Assembly (NCBI GenBank): GCA_051362555.1
Contig: CM120640.1
Coordinates: 10,416,001 to 10,480,000 of the forward strand
Origin: Lingula anatina
Taxonomy: Eukaryota; Animalia; Brachiopoda
Reading direction: 5' to 3'
DNA: 64,000 nt
Shown here: in pieces, positions 1-12,685 of the stretch
How positions within the stretch are numbered: the stretch's first letter is position 1
How the letters are laid out: each line of letters starts with the position of its first letter
Position numbers and translations under genes: made by a program
Notes under the pieces: generated by a model
Databases searched by the model: none
Told to the model about the DNA's origin: nothing
What the model saw: the letters and a program-made list of their open reading frames with translations, nothing else

Positions 1-96
1 GTCATAACTACCCTCTCTTTATCTGACATTTCATGATAACCCGTTTATCCTTCTCTATGCATTATGACTACTTTGGAGTTTATAAAATTAGCTCAC

Positions 97-3000
97 CTCT
101 CCCAGCCACACAACATTGGAATCAGAAGTGGATTATTTCCCCTGTACTTTGATGGGTCTTCATTAGCATCCTTAAGACAATCAGGACTACAGGTATGTGG
201 TTCTGCAACACAAAATTATATCAATGATTGGATTTATCTTGAAAGACCACTATTTTGTCTGTAAAGATACTTTGAATTTCTGACATTTTTTTTTCAACTG
301 TTTACTCACTGAATTTCCTTCTGACTGTGTTTCTCTCAGGTAGAGGGTCTATATCAATCCTTTCACCTAGAGCCTCTTCATCTGCAGAAAAAAATATTCA
401 ATTTTAAAATGAAATTCTTCAGCCAATACCCATTTCTAATGAAAGTTATAATTCCTTAACCCACTTTTGTATTTCTAAGAAAATGAATGTGCTTAAAATT
501 CTGACTGCTAAATCTTAGTGAACAGGTAACAGTGTATTATTTACTTACCTACTTGGTTGAACCTATCGTGCAATACAGATGCCATATCTTTGCCTATAGT
601 TCTATTACTGATACTGCTGGCCAAATATTCTGAAAAAAAAAAATTTGCTGTATTTAATCACTTAATCATGGAGATTATGTATAGTTGTCCATTTATCATG
701 AAAAGTGGCAAATATAAAGAGTTATGAATCTCTCTACAAAAAATAAACAGATAAATAAGCTTATAAATACATTTCCAACCATATGAAACATTTGGTTCAA
801 TTTTTAAAAAATCATTTTATCAATTAATCACAAGGGACTTTGTAAAAATCTATAACTCTCTTAAGGAGATTGGATAACCTACAAATTTATGAATCTTTTA
901 ACAAGAAAAAAAGAAAGAAAGAACATTTTAACAATAAGAAATTTATCGGTAAATCTACTTACCATTTTTCTTTTGAAATGCAGTTCCTGGCTTTTTCCCT
1001 TTCACTGCAGTGCTCTTCTTAGCAACAGCACGTTTCGGACTTGTGGAACTATTTGATGATGGTCTACTTTGTGCAGATTCTGTAATGTCATGAGAAATTA
1101 AGTATTTTATGTAACTTATAGTTTCTTAAAAGTTCGATATAATGGCCAATCTTATCCTTTCATAAAACTTCTTAAAATTCTTATCATCTTCTTTCCTCAC
1201 ATTTTTTTTTTTTTGCTCATTAACTTCGACACCTTCTCACCAATCATGATTGAAAGAACATCTAGGACTCACGTAGCCTCTTGAACAGATCTTCCTCTGC
1301 TCCTCGTGTGTATTCTACCACAGGTTTCTTAGCACCTTTCATGATTGTGTTGACCTTTGCATTCAGTCTCTGCTTCTTGGCACTCCCTAATCTCTTAGAA
1401 GCCTCAGCATTGGCCTGACAAGAAAAAAAATATCTTCAAGATTAAGCCTTTCATAGATATCACCAAATATTTCTGACAAGTATAAATATAGTGTTTTCCT
1501 GAAACTTTTTATGAGCTGTCCACTTACATTGAACAATGTAACAATATGGTTCTTATTTTTTTTGAGTGGTTCACAATTTATCAAAATAACATTTGGATAG
1601 AAACTTCACTGACATTTTAACAATTCATTAAGTAAGAATCAGCATACTCGATTACATAAAAGCCAACACTTACCAATGCAGTGAATAAAGGTTCCAGACG
1701 CGTAGAGCCCCGATAAATCCACTCTGATCTTTTATCAGCCTCAAAGTACATGTGAACCAAACTGGCATCCACAGCCACCACCTTGGCCTTCCACCTAGAA
1801 AATGAACCCTTGCATACATTGCACAGTGTATTTATTCAAGACTTTTAATACATTTAAGATGACAGCATTTATTTCATAACATTTACTGATGTTGAAGAAA
1901 TACTGTGGATATATCTCATGTTATAACATGAACAGCAAGCTTTTAAGATTTTTTTGTTCACACTTCTGTTTTATTTTATTTTTTTGCAAGAAAATAGAAA
2001 AGATCTCTCAAACAAATATCAATATTTTCTAAATATATAATAATATATAAATTCATACTGTTTTATCTTACTTACCACTTTCCATTCCATTCTGTTTGCA
2101 CATGTTGCCCTTTTGCCAATCTGACCATAGGTCTCTAAAGAAGAATAAGAAAATTTGTAAAGATGTGAATATCACTTAATATTTATAGATTTGCTTCTAC
2201 AAAGGTTTTATAACCTATAATCTTTCTTTTTACTTTTCCTTTCAAAGCAAGCTCACATGAACAATCTTCATCCTAATTGGATAGATATGATTTTGATATG
2301 CTACAAAGATAAAGAATTAGTAACATTATAGAATATCCCATACCTCAGGGTATGCCATGAGATAATCCTTGATGAATTCCTGAGAATCTGGATGAATATC
2401 CTCCCAGACATTCTTACCTGGAAGGAAAATTTTATCTCACCATCAGAAATATGGCTAGGTTTCTTCAAAGTGGAAGGGAATTAAGGATGCATTTTTATGA
2501 TATCTTCAGATATGTTTTTAAAGAAAGTAACTTACTTTGTTCATAAACTTTGTGTACATCCTTCGGCTGTGAATACTGAGCATAACCATCATCAAAGAAG
2601 ACAAGAAACCTGTAAAATTAAAGAAAATGTTTTGCAAAAAATAATTAGAGCAGTGATAATGATATAATTTGACCAAATTTCTCCTTGTGTCATGTACAAA
2701 TTATGTCACATTTAACATAACTTAAGACTTTGCATCACTTGTCACCTTATAACTCAAATTACTGTTTATCCTTTTTGTCTTTGGTATTAACTGAGACTTC
2801 TGAATATTACCTAAATCCTATCTTTGCTAAACTCTAACAAATTTCCTAGTCCCCAACTGTCCAAATTATTAAAAGTCTGCTGCCCATCACATAAATTACA
2901 ATCACAAACCTTGGTTTGGAGATTTATAGACCTACCTGTTATTGTTCCTGACATTTGGGGGCTCTGCTACTATGCCTGCATAGAAAGAGGTAGACGGAGT

Positions 3001-5827
3001 GGCTTCTTCATCTTTGTAAAGTGCTGGAATGTGACAACAAAATAGAAATTACATGTCGGGTATTACAGCAGTCTGTGACATTAACATTTGCACCACATCA
3101 AATGCCAGCAAAATTGAATCCTAAAGACTTGGGGGGGGGGGGGGTATATTATTGCTTTGAGTCAGTGAATTCATGATGTCTCAAAGAACCCGTAGACTAA
3201 AAGGAGAGTATTCAAATTTTCATCTCACTTTTTTAAATGAAAAGCAATTTTTGCATAATAAATGTAGCTTAAAACCTCCAGTCACATATTACTTTTATTA
3301 TTATTTTCCTTAGTTATCTGTCAGTCTAAGCTGTGAGATTACCACTTACCCACCACACGGGTTCCCACTGGCAGAGTTCCTGTGCAAGGATCAAAATATG
3401 CTATATGCTTTCCTGAGAGCACCTTCATCCCCTTGGAGTCAAACTTTACTCTGTATCTATGCTGCATTGATTGACATGAAATAAAGAATGAATTAAAGTA
3501 TGAAACATAAAATATTATATTTATCGCTTTGATAACAATTTACAGAACAACTTAATACTTAAGATAATCACTATATAGACAATTCTAAATTTTACTAGTG
3601 GTTTTATAAAATCATACTCATCCACTGCCTCTTAAACATGTACACCATACATGTACTTTTTAATAAATAAAAAAAAAAAACTAAAAGTGCACCACTCACT
3701 TCTTCCTTTGGTTTGTCTTTATTCTGAATCTCTGCTACAGTCCCCTTATACCAAATGTCATTGAACTTCTTACCAAGGACTTTAATCCCAACCGTCACTG
3801 GCCTAGAGAGTATACAAGTAACAATTTTAAAATACAATTTTTGTATGAATTATAGGTATGAAGGCTGTACTGACTGATGGGTAATCCATGATCAAAAAGA
3901 AACAGAACACATAAAAATATGCATAAACAAAAGAGACCAAAATGTAAAAATATATTATTCATAAAAACTGGACATGTTGCAAGAGATGTACTATCATAAT
4001 TCATAGCTTCAGGAAAAAAACTGCTTGTTTATAGGAAAACATCTAGCTGCAACTTACAAGAATTTTTGTTGTATGGGAATCCGTGGCCTGGGTTTGGGTG
4101 GATGCACTGAGAGTGGAATGATATCATTGGACTGATCAACCGACTTATTTATGGCAGTTTCAGGAGCCTGCAATTAATGCAAGTATATAAAATGCCATTT
4201 TCCAAAACATACAGTCTATGATCTGAAATCCAGTGGTTATCAGATCTTCACGGACTCAGGAGTATTCTTCATTTTGATATCAAAAATTAACACTTGAAAC
4301 ACGACATTGCATGTTGATTGTAAGGTTGCTGTCTACATATTGGCCCTTGAGCAGATACTTACTTGTCTAAACTTTCACATGAACAACACAATGGTTCACT
4401 GACACTCATTAACAAAGATATGAGAGGTAATGATCACAACATCATACCATTGTGTTATTACCTATTAAGTCTAGCATTAGCTTTATTTTTTTAAATGTGA
4501 AATCACGTCTTGAGTAATAATGCAAAGAAAAGGTGCAAAATCCAACTAAGTGTGCTTGGTACCAGAAACCAGTATATCACCTATAGCTGAAGCACTAGAG
4601 CTAGTCTTACCTTGGGTGTGGTGGACAAAATGGACACCATTTGTGTGTGCATGTTTACCAGCTGACTGCTTAAATTCACAGGCTTGGCCTTGGGGGGTGA
4701 AGACAATGGGGAGGCCACTGATTTTGATCTAATTCAAATACAGATAAAAATAAGTATGGCATAATAGGATATTAATTACTTACCAAAGGGAAGTTATAAA
4801 CATTTCATGCCCCCTGTTACAAAAATATGTATGTAATACTTGCAATGCACTGTTAAATAAGGAAAAAATATAACAGTTTATGTTCCCTTACAATTGCAGT
4901 GTTTTAATGGATTTGTTCCCTGTTGACTTTGGTGGATGATAGGAGGCCTCCAGAAACTGCACATCATCATCACTCCCTGAGTCTTCCCTGAATGAAGTAA
5001 AAAATATATAAATACTGAAGCTGCCTTACAACATGTGGCAAATAAATAAATTCACATTTTTTTATACAGTATCATTAAAGTTGTGAAAATAATTCTTTAT
5101 TTCTTTTCGTAAAAAAGTTTTCATTTGCATCACGCTTCTTAATATAAGCTATCCCTACCCTTCAATGCCCTGCTCAGACTGGATTTGCTCTTTCAACTTC
5201 TGGATCTGTTCCTTCACATCATCAAAAATTCTGTCCACCTCTTTTTGCTTTCCTGCAAAAATGGTTTAAAGAATATGCATTCACAAGAAATAAGATGTCA
5301 CCAAGTTTTAATACAATCTACAAAAAGTCAAACATAAAAAACTAATAATAATAAAATGCAACTAATCCTTAAAATCCACCAAATGGCTGTTCATAACATT
5401 AGTATGAACACTGATGCATTAGTGCTTCTTTTTTGATGTGTAACATTTATCCTAACGCATGGAAAACATAGGTACAAATAGCTATAGTATGACATTCATC
5501 TAGCATATCTACCCCAATGCTAAAGATCTCACATCTTTTGCTTACTAACTTTGTGCATATAAACCATACTCTATGAAGAATGTTTTTGCCATGGAAGTCC
5601 TAGTTTCATTTTATTACTGCTGTAACCATTATGTACTTACTTTCTGCAGATCTAATTTGATTAGACAAAGTGTTGAAATTTTGGTCACATCTCACATCAA
5701 ACTTCAAATCCTCCAACGTTAGATCAATAACATCCTTGAAAGATTGTCCATCGAAATCTGCTGGATCAAACTCATAATATATCTCGTCGTCATCATCCTT
5801 TGCTATATTAGCTGCAGCAGTTGCCAT
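97..5827 (-). CDS. SETDB1: Histone H3K9 methyltransferase SETDB1/eggless, 5' part (N-terminus, Tudor domains, start of MBD); continues beyond the left edge
   Basis: Phase-consistent minus-strand exons: 5641-5827, 5159-5252, 4892-4987, 4611-4728, 4058-4167, 3700-3802, 3350-3461, 2936-3023, 2536-2609, 2344-2417, 2076-2134, 1674-1794, 1273-1414, 963-1079, 549-629, 310-381, 97-202. Translation includes [79 protein letters not shown] (SETDB1 Tudors) and [25 protein letters not shown] (MBD start). Confidence 0.93.
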
Positions 5828-6439
5828 CTAATAACAAAAATCTCATTAAATGCTGTATATAAGTGGCAATAATGAAAATAATAAAACAAACATAACAATA
5901 GTTTAAAAGCAAGAGTCATGGGTTTGCATATTTAATTGTAAAAAAATAACACCCTTTAAACTGTCACATGTCGAAAATCTGGATTTTCTTCTTGTTCTGG
6001 TGACCTTATATAGCATGCTGAAGTTGTGCAATCTCACCTGAAATAAACTGGTATATTAGCTGATGATAAAAATGGCCCAAAACAAGGCAAGTGACATCCT
6101 AATAATTGCTAACTTATAGATCAGCATATTAATCAGCTTACTCATAGCCATGCTGTTGGGAAAACTGGTTGGTGAACAGGAGTGGAAAGGTTGGAGGAGA
6201 TGAGAGATAAATTTTAAAAAATTTAAATATTCAGATTGTCGTTGAAAAACCCACTTACCAACATTCAAATTCTCGATCCTTACGCGATTTACAAACCCAT
6301 ATTTCGTTTTATTTTTATTAAATAAACACGAGTTATTTGACAAAGCAAGTCACAATGTTCTAAAAGTTGAAATTAATTGAAAACAATGCTCAATCGCTGA
6401 ATAAACTTCACTTTGAATATTGGTTTTGATAACAATATT

Positions 6440-6836
6440 TACCGTAATATATACCCGAAACTGCAGAAACTATTTTTAATGCAAGGGAACTTGTGCAGAC
6501 ACGACAACCAGAAATCCAGGCGAAGCAAGGGATATACACACCGGCCTGCAACAAAGGTCTGCAGTCCTGTCAGTATTCAAAACAAACATGGCTGCCCACA
6601 CATGTTTGTCATTCAGCAGAAAATTAAAATATCTTCATAGCCTTATAGCCAGCTTTGTAATGCTTTAAATTCCCTTTTATTACCACTGAATTATTTTTAT
6701 ATCTCAAACAGAACATTTTATTATTCTTTTGTCAATTTAACAATAAGTTTGTGTCGCCAGTAAGAAAAAAATAATAAGTCCTTCCCACAGCGCGCGGCTC
6801 TGACCCCTGGTGACCTACATTCGCCAAAGAGAAAAC
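6440..6836. promoter_or_regulatory. Divergent promoter region shared by SETDB1 and the cysteine protease gene
   Basis: CpG-retaining patch between opposite-strand gene starts. YY1-like AACATGGC at ~6585. Putative SETDB1 non-coding exon donor (GTAAAT on minus) at ~6442. Confidence 0.5.
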
Positions 6837-9800
6837 ATGGTGTGGAGGATTGCCTATCTCGTTTTTGCAGGTGGTTTTGTTTTGTCAGCCTGATAACGTT
6901 TAAAACCAGTGAACCTGCTTTTAGAGACATATTTAATTACGATATAGACAATAACTTGTGCTGTCACGCGGAGCATAAATTAATACGTTTACAAGTTACA
7001 GTGATGTTCAATATCAAGTCTGTCATTTGCTAGTCAATGTAGTGTTGTTTTGCAGTACCATGCTGGCACTTGCCTCAGTTTTTGTACATACATGCTATAG
7101 GTACCCTTACTGAGGTAGGGGCACTTAAAGTATGTAAGCCCGAAAACTGTGGCAATATTGGCTAGCTCAGTGTGTTGGTATGGGTCATTTTACTTGAAAT
7201 ACATGCATGTGCAGTAGTACTGTATAAAGTGAAACTACCCCTGTACATGTAGCACGGAATTCATGAATTACATGCAGCACTCCTATTGACAATTTTGATA
7301 TACTCTGTGTTAACACATAAAAGCACAGACCTTAAATTTTTATCTTACTTTTCGTCTCCTCAACTTGCACACTCCTATAATGCCAACTGGTTTTCCCATG
7401 GATAGAGCTGTGAGTGAAGTGCATGTAATATCCCTTTGTCAAGCAATTAACCTGTCGTAAAATGGAGCACCCAGAAAAACCCAGCGTATATATCAAAATC
7501 ATCATGAGAAGTGCTTATACGCATGAATTTTATAATAAAGTGTGTAAACTAAGATTTGCATTTTTTAAAACAGTCCACTGCTGATATTTATCTCAAAGAG
7601 TGAAATCCACCAGCCTCCATTACAAGAGTGGCCCAAACATTAGAAGTTTAGAACTCAAAAACCAGTTCGTGGATTGCATTTTTTATACCTTGGTGATTAA
7701 GGGTGAAGTTTTAAAATTTCCTTGAAAATTGAAATTTTGATTCACAAAGGACTTGTAACCATTTGTGTGACTGCAAATGAACAGAATTAATAACCAAGTG
7801 TTTTGCAGGTTTTCTGGGCACCTGTTTAGGTGCTGCCCCAACCAAGCCTAGCATTGCCAAAGTGTATCAGGTCGGTGGGATGCTTCAGCTTCCTTATGCT
7901 GAAATCAAGGAGCCATTTTATGCCTACTATGATGGCCATAACAATAGAACTAGAATTGACTATTATTCAGGTATGATTTAAGTCTAATATATATATATAT
8001 GTAACTTGTCTGTCTGACATAATATTGTGTATTATTAGTGAAAATGTATTTAGCTGCTATATGATATGCATCAAAATTTATAGTACTTATTAGTCTCTCT
8101 CTGTGTCCCTGTAATTATGATCTGCACTGATTTTTTTTTACTTTGTTTGTTTATTTATATACCTGGATAGCGAAGTCAATAGACAATCAGACCTTGCTGA
8201 GTGGAAGTCACTCTGTAGAAACTGGCATGTAATTAGTATGAAAATTTATTTTATGCTCTGTTACATATTGCACTTTTAAGATCATCACATCCAATGGTGT
8301 ATTCAGCTATAAACAAAAACTATATGTCTTTTGATTTATCTCTTAATCTAATGTGGCAGCATCCTAAAAGAAAATTGGTGTTTTCTGTTTATATAGTATC
8401 ATGTTTCTTCACAGGCATGTCTAAGATGTATCAAAGAGGTGATCTGAAGAAATCCTACTCTGTAGTGTACACCAGTTACAGTGATGACAAGCTCAACCAG
8501 CTCACTTGCTTTGAATCGGGTGGAATGCCAAAGTTGCAGAGTGTATTCCCAGACTTGACCAACTTTACAGTATGTAAAGTGCAATGAATTAAAAATAATG
8601 AATAGTCTGCTCTTCAAGTATTAATGTTATATGAAATTATAATCCATTGAATTATAAAGTGAAAATAGTTATATATTTTATAGAAGTATAAAACCCAGTT
8701 ATGTAGTGAGCTGGTGGGTATAAAAGGATTTGGACATTCATTGCAACTCTGTCCTTACAGGCTTTTGCCATTGCTGAGTAATAGTTAAAATTTAATTCAC
8801 CCAGTGAACATTAATGTTTTTATGTTGTATATTGATATGTAAAAGCCAGGGGACCAGAAAATTTATTCATTGCAAGTTGTGCAAAGATTCAAGGTTCATA
8901 TTACTTTAATCACTTGCCAAAGAAATAAATCGACTCCATAGAATTTGTTTGAGATAAACAATAATATTGAAGTTACAATTTGATAAGCTATGCAGAGAGT
9001 CAAGTAGCTAGCTGCTATCCATTCTTTAATCTCATATTTAAATCGTCATTAATCACATTCCCCATTTATCCTCCCTCAGCTGTATGCCAAGGGACAGCCC
9101 CACCCCACAGGTGCAAACATCACTGTAGATGCCTGGAGGTTTGTGATGACAGTTGGCAAGAAAAAGAACACATACACATTCTACGTGGATTCTAAAAAGC
9201 AGATTCCTGTGCGCTATGAGATGTTTGGTTTTGACACTTTGCTGGGCTCCCATTACGACAAGTACTACATTGATTATCATGGTTATCTAGAGTACACCAA
9301 CACATCTCTCAATGTCTCAGTTTTTCAACCAACAGGTGAGATTACCTGATGAATATTTTCTGTTGAAGGTCATTGAAATATTGCAGTTCAAGTTAAGGGA
9401 GACTGGTATTACAAAAGCTTTATAGATATTAATTTTTTCATCTTATAATGTCATCGATGGCACAGTATGATAATATACATGTATATATTTTTTTTGTAGT
9501 AAAGAACTGTTCTGTTGGATATACCCAGACCCAGAATTCAGAAAAAAGAATCCTTATGAACCCCATGAGGGAATACGTACATCATGATGACCTCCACATC
9601 CATGAAATGTTTGAAGATTTTAAGAAAACTTACCAGCGAAACTTCATGACTATAAAAGAGCATGAGACCCGTAAATTTAATTTCAGGCATAACGTAAGGT
9701 GAGTTGGAAAGGGCTGAGTTAGTGACTGTAAAGTTAATAGCCTCAGGGATTTTGCATTCTGATAGGAGTTTTTCCCCCCATAAGTTAATCCCTGATGAGA

Positions 9801-12230
9801 TTGATAACTGTAAAGATTTCATGTCAAAAAAACTTCTAATGAAACAAATAAACATTTTAGTAAAAAGTCCGTGTGGATTGTATCATTTTCACTGCATAAT
9901 ATTTTCACAACAATTTTTAGATTTATTCACTCCAAGAACCGAGCTGGACTGAGTTACAAAGTTGCAGTGAACCATCTTGCTGACAGGAGCCCATGGGAGA
10001 TGAAGAAAATGAGAGGACGTCTGTACAAACCAGGATACAATGGGGGGCTGCCCTTCAACAAGAAGATGTATGAAAGTATTAAACTACCAAGCCAGGTGGA
10101 CTGGAGAAATTATGGTGGGTTAAAATAGCTTGTTTGTATATATTGAATATTTTAGCCTGTTTTAAATTTTTATTTAAGTTTTTGAAACATACATTTTTGA
10201 AGTCTGTGGTTGTTTTGGCTTTTTTTTATTACAAATTTACTTTGATAATTCTTCTTCAAAGAAAGAACCATACCTGAGATCTTATTAAACAGTACATTAC
10301 TTCAATTTCTCAATGATTTGAATTCCTAAAATTTTTGAAACAACAGTTCACATTGGTGTGCATCATTTGCTTCTTGTTTGTTTTAACATTGTTTTGTCGT
10401 TATCAAAATAGAATGGCTACTGTTACTGTTCTTATGGTATTGTTTTTGAAGCCCTGAAATTTGTCTTTGTAGGTGCTGTGACCCCAGTAAAAGACCAGGC
10501 TGTATGTGGATCTTGTTGGAGTTTTGGTACAACTGGCACACTTGAAGGGACTTATTTCTTAATGGTTTGTAACTTCTGCTTACATATCTGCAGAAAATTA
10601 AGAGCTGATTTATACCCCATTCACACTACAGTTGCAAAAATGCGCATTTCTGTAATCCGAATTTTTCGTGAGGAATTCGATTCGGTATTGCGTTCACACA
10701 CACTTGCTAACGAAACCGAGTCACACGTTGAAAATTTCAGGTTTAACTTCCTGTTTTGAACACTCGTGCATGCGCCGCACAGGAAATCTTTAAATACCAA
10801 CAAAAATTTGTGACAACAAATGCAACTCAAAAGACATTCCAGCATTCTTGAGAAGTATAAGATGGCAAAATAAGTTTATTTCCTCATGTTGTAGTGAGTG
10901 GTGACCTCCAAATACGCTTGGTGCAATTGCTAAAGTAATAAACAAGTGTTCATAGATACCCGCACTTTTCTGCACACATGCGCAGTAAGATCTGTACAGG
11001 TGTCGATTCCGGTAAGCTTAGAAATCCACCTCGCTTGCAGGATTTTGAAAATTCGCATTACAGAAATCCTCTTGCGTTCACACTACTGCATTTATTCGAA
11101 TTGTGACCTAATTCGCAACTTATCCGGATTACTGAGCGTAATGTGAATGGGGTATTAGATGTTGTTTTATGGACTCATTTAATACATTTTATAAGCATAA
11201 TGTATTACTTTGCATTTTTTATTTGTGCTATACCTTTATACTGTACATTACTTGAGATATTTTTGAGAGATTATTTTTACTTTTTCAGACTGGAAAGCTT
11301 CTAAAACTATCCCAACAGGAGTTAATAGACTGTTCTTGGGGTGAAGGTAACATGGGTTGTGATGGAGGAGATGATTTTCTGGCTTACCAGTGGATACGGA
11401 AACATGGTGGACTGACCACAGAGGAGATCTATGGGTCATATATGGCAGTGGTAAGATTGAAACAGCATTATTTCTTTCCATGATTTTTTTCTACTGTAAT
11501 GTGTGATGAAAAATTTTGGGAAAAATTAACTAAGTGATGCTGAATGACCTAAGGGTATCTGTTTTATGCCATTTTTATTTTTTTATTTGTTAAAGTTGTT
11601 TAAACTTTCTTTAATTGTGAATTTAGGATGGTAAATGTCATTGGAAGACAAATGGCACAAGGGTGCAAATCAAGGTCTGGTATAATGTCACATCAGGTGA
11701 TTCAGATGCTCTCAAGATGGCTCTTGCAAAGCATGGACCCATCTCAGTGGCAATCGATGCCTCCCACAAAAGCTTCAGTTTTTACTCAAATGGAGTTTAT
11801 TATGAACCTAAATGTGGTGAGTATTTTTGAAACCCTTAAATGCGTATACCTTTTACAAAAACAAGTTAAACGTGTTTAATTTTTGCTAAATGGGTAATTT
11901 GGAATTTTTGCTACAATGGGTTACATATTGGCCAAAAAAAAAAAAAAATGTTAATAATAGGTTCTTGCTATCATGCTCCTTGGTTGTTTGTATTTGTATA
12001 GATATGTTTAAAGTACTGTTTTTAATTATCATGTTCAATTTTCAGGTAATGCACCAGAGCAGCTTGATCATGCAGTTCTTGCAGTAGGCTATGGAACCAT
12101 GAATGGAAAAGCTTACTGGCTGGTCAAGAACTCTTGGTCCACCTACTGGGGAAATGATGGCTATGTTTTGATGGCACAGAAAGACAACAATTGTGGTGTA
12201 GAAACTGATCCAACCTTTGTAACAATGTGA
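6837..12230 (+). CDS. 26/29-kDa proteinase / counting-factor-associated protein D-like cathepsin L-family (C1A) cysteine protease
   Basis: Exons 6837-6870, 7809-7970, 8415-8569, 9080-9335, 9500-9698, 9921-10114, 10473-10564, 11289-11450, 11627-11816, 12046-12230. Signal peptide [20 protein letters not shown]-terminal 26-kDa domain ([20 protein letters not shown]; [21 protein letters not shown]). I29 ERFNIN motif [20 protein letters not shown]. Catalytic motifs [21 protein letters not shown] and KNSWSTYWG. Confidence 0.93.
10613..11154. mobile_element. PIF/Harbinger-like MITE (542 bp) in protease intron 7
   Basis: Terminal inverted repeats TACCCCATTCACA(C/T)TAC match 16/17 and are flanked by TTA on both sides (10610-10612, 11155-11157). 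Internal inverted repeat ATTTCTGTAAT(C/G)CGAATTT. CpG-rich relative to the host gene; no transposase ORF. Confidence 0.8.
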
Positions 12231-12685
12231 TAAGTAAAATTGTAATTTTATGATCATGTGAGTGCATGGTTTATAAGCATAATAAGGTTTACCCAAGAAT
12301 GTACACTTTTGTTTTCAAAATTTTTGAATTTATCATGGAACAGCTGTTTACTTATTTTTATGAAATGATAAAATGCGTTTGTTTTGGTCATTACTTTACT
12401 TTTCATTTGTTCTTTATTGGATGGGGATTGGCTATTGATGATTACAAGTATGTGTGCAAACTGTAGCACTGCTGTAACAGAAATGCTTGAAATAGAAACA
12501 TGATATCATTGTACTGTATTGACAGACTCATTCAAGATGTACATGCTTGTAAGTCTTACTAATCTTGTACACCTGAATATTTATTAAGTTTGAGCAAGTA
12601 TCAAGATATGTAATACTGTATTTAGTGTAAACTTGTGCATTTCTTTATTTATTTTTTTCTCAAATTTAAATTTGTTTTCCTAAAA

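Noticed and set aside
7060-7100. ATG at 7060 as the first exon of the protease
   Set aside because: It ends in phase 2 while exon 2 needs phase 1; 6837-6870 fits the phase and gives a proper signal peptide.
97-12230. SETDB1 next to a cathepsin, as with human 1q21 SETDB1 near CTSK/CTSS
   Set aside because: This protease belongs to the 26/29-kDa subfamily, not the CTSK/CTSS lineage; probably coincidental without a phylogeny.
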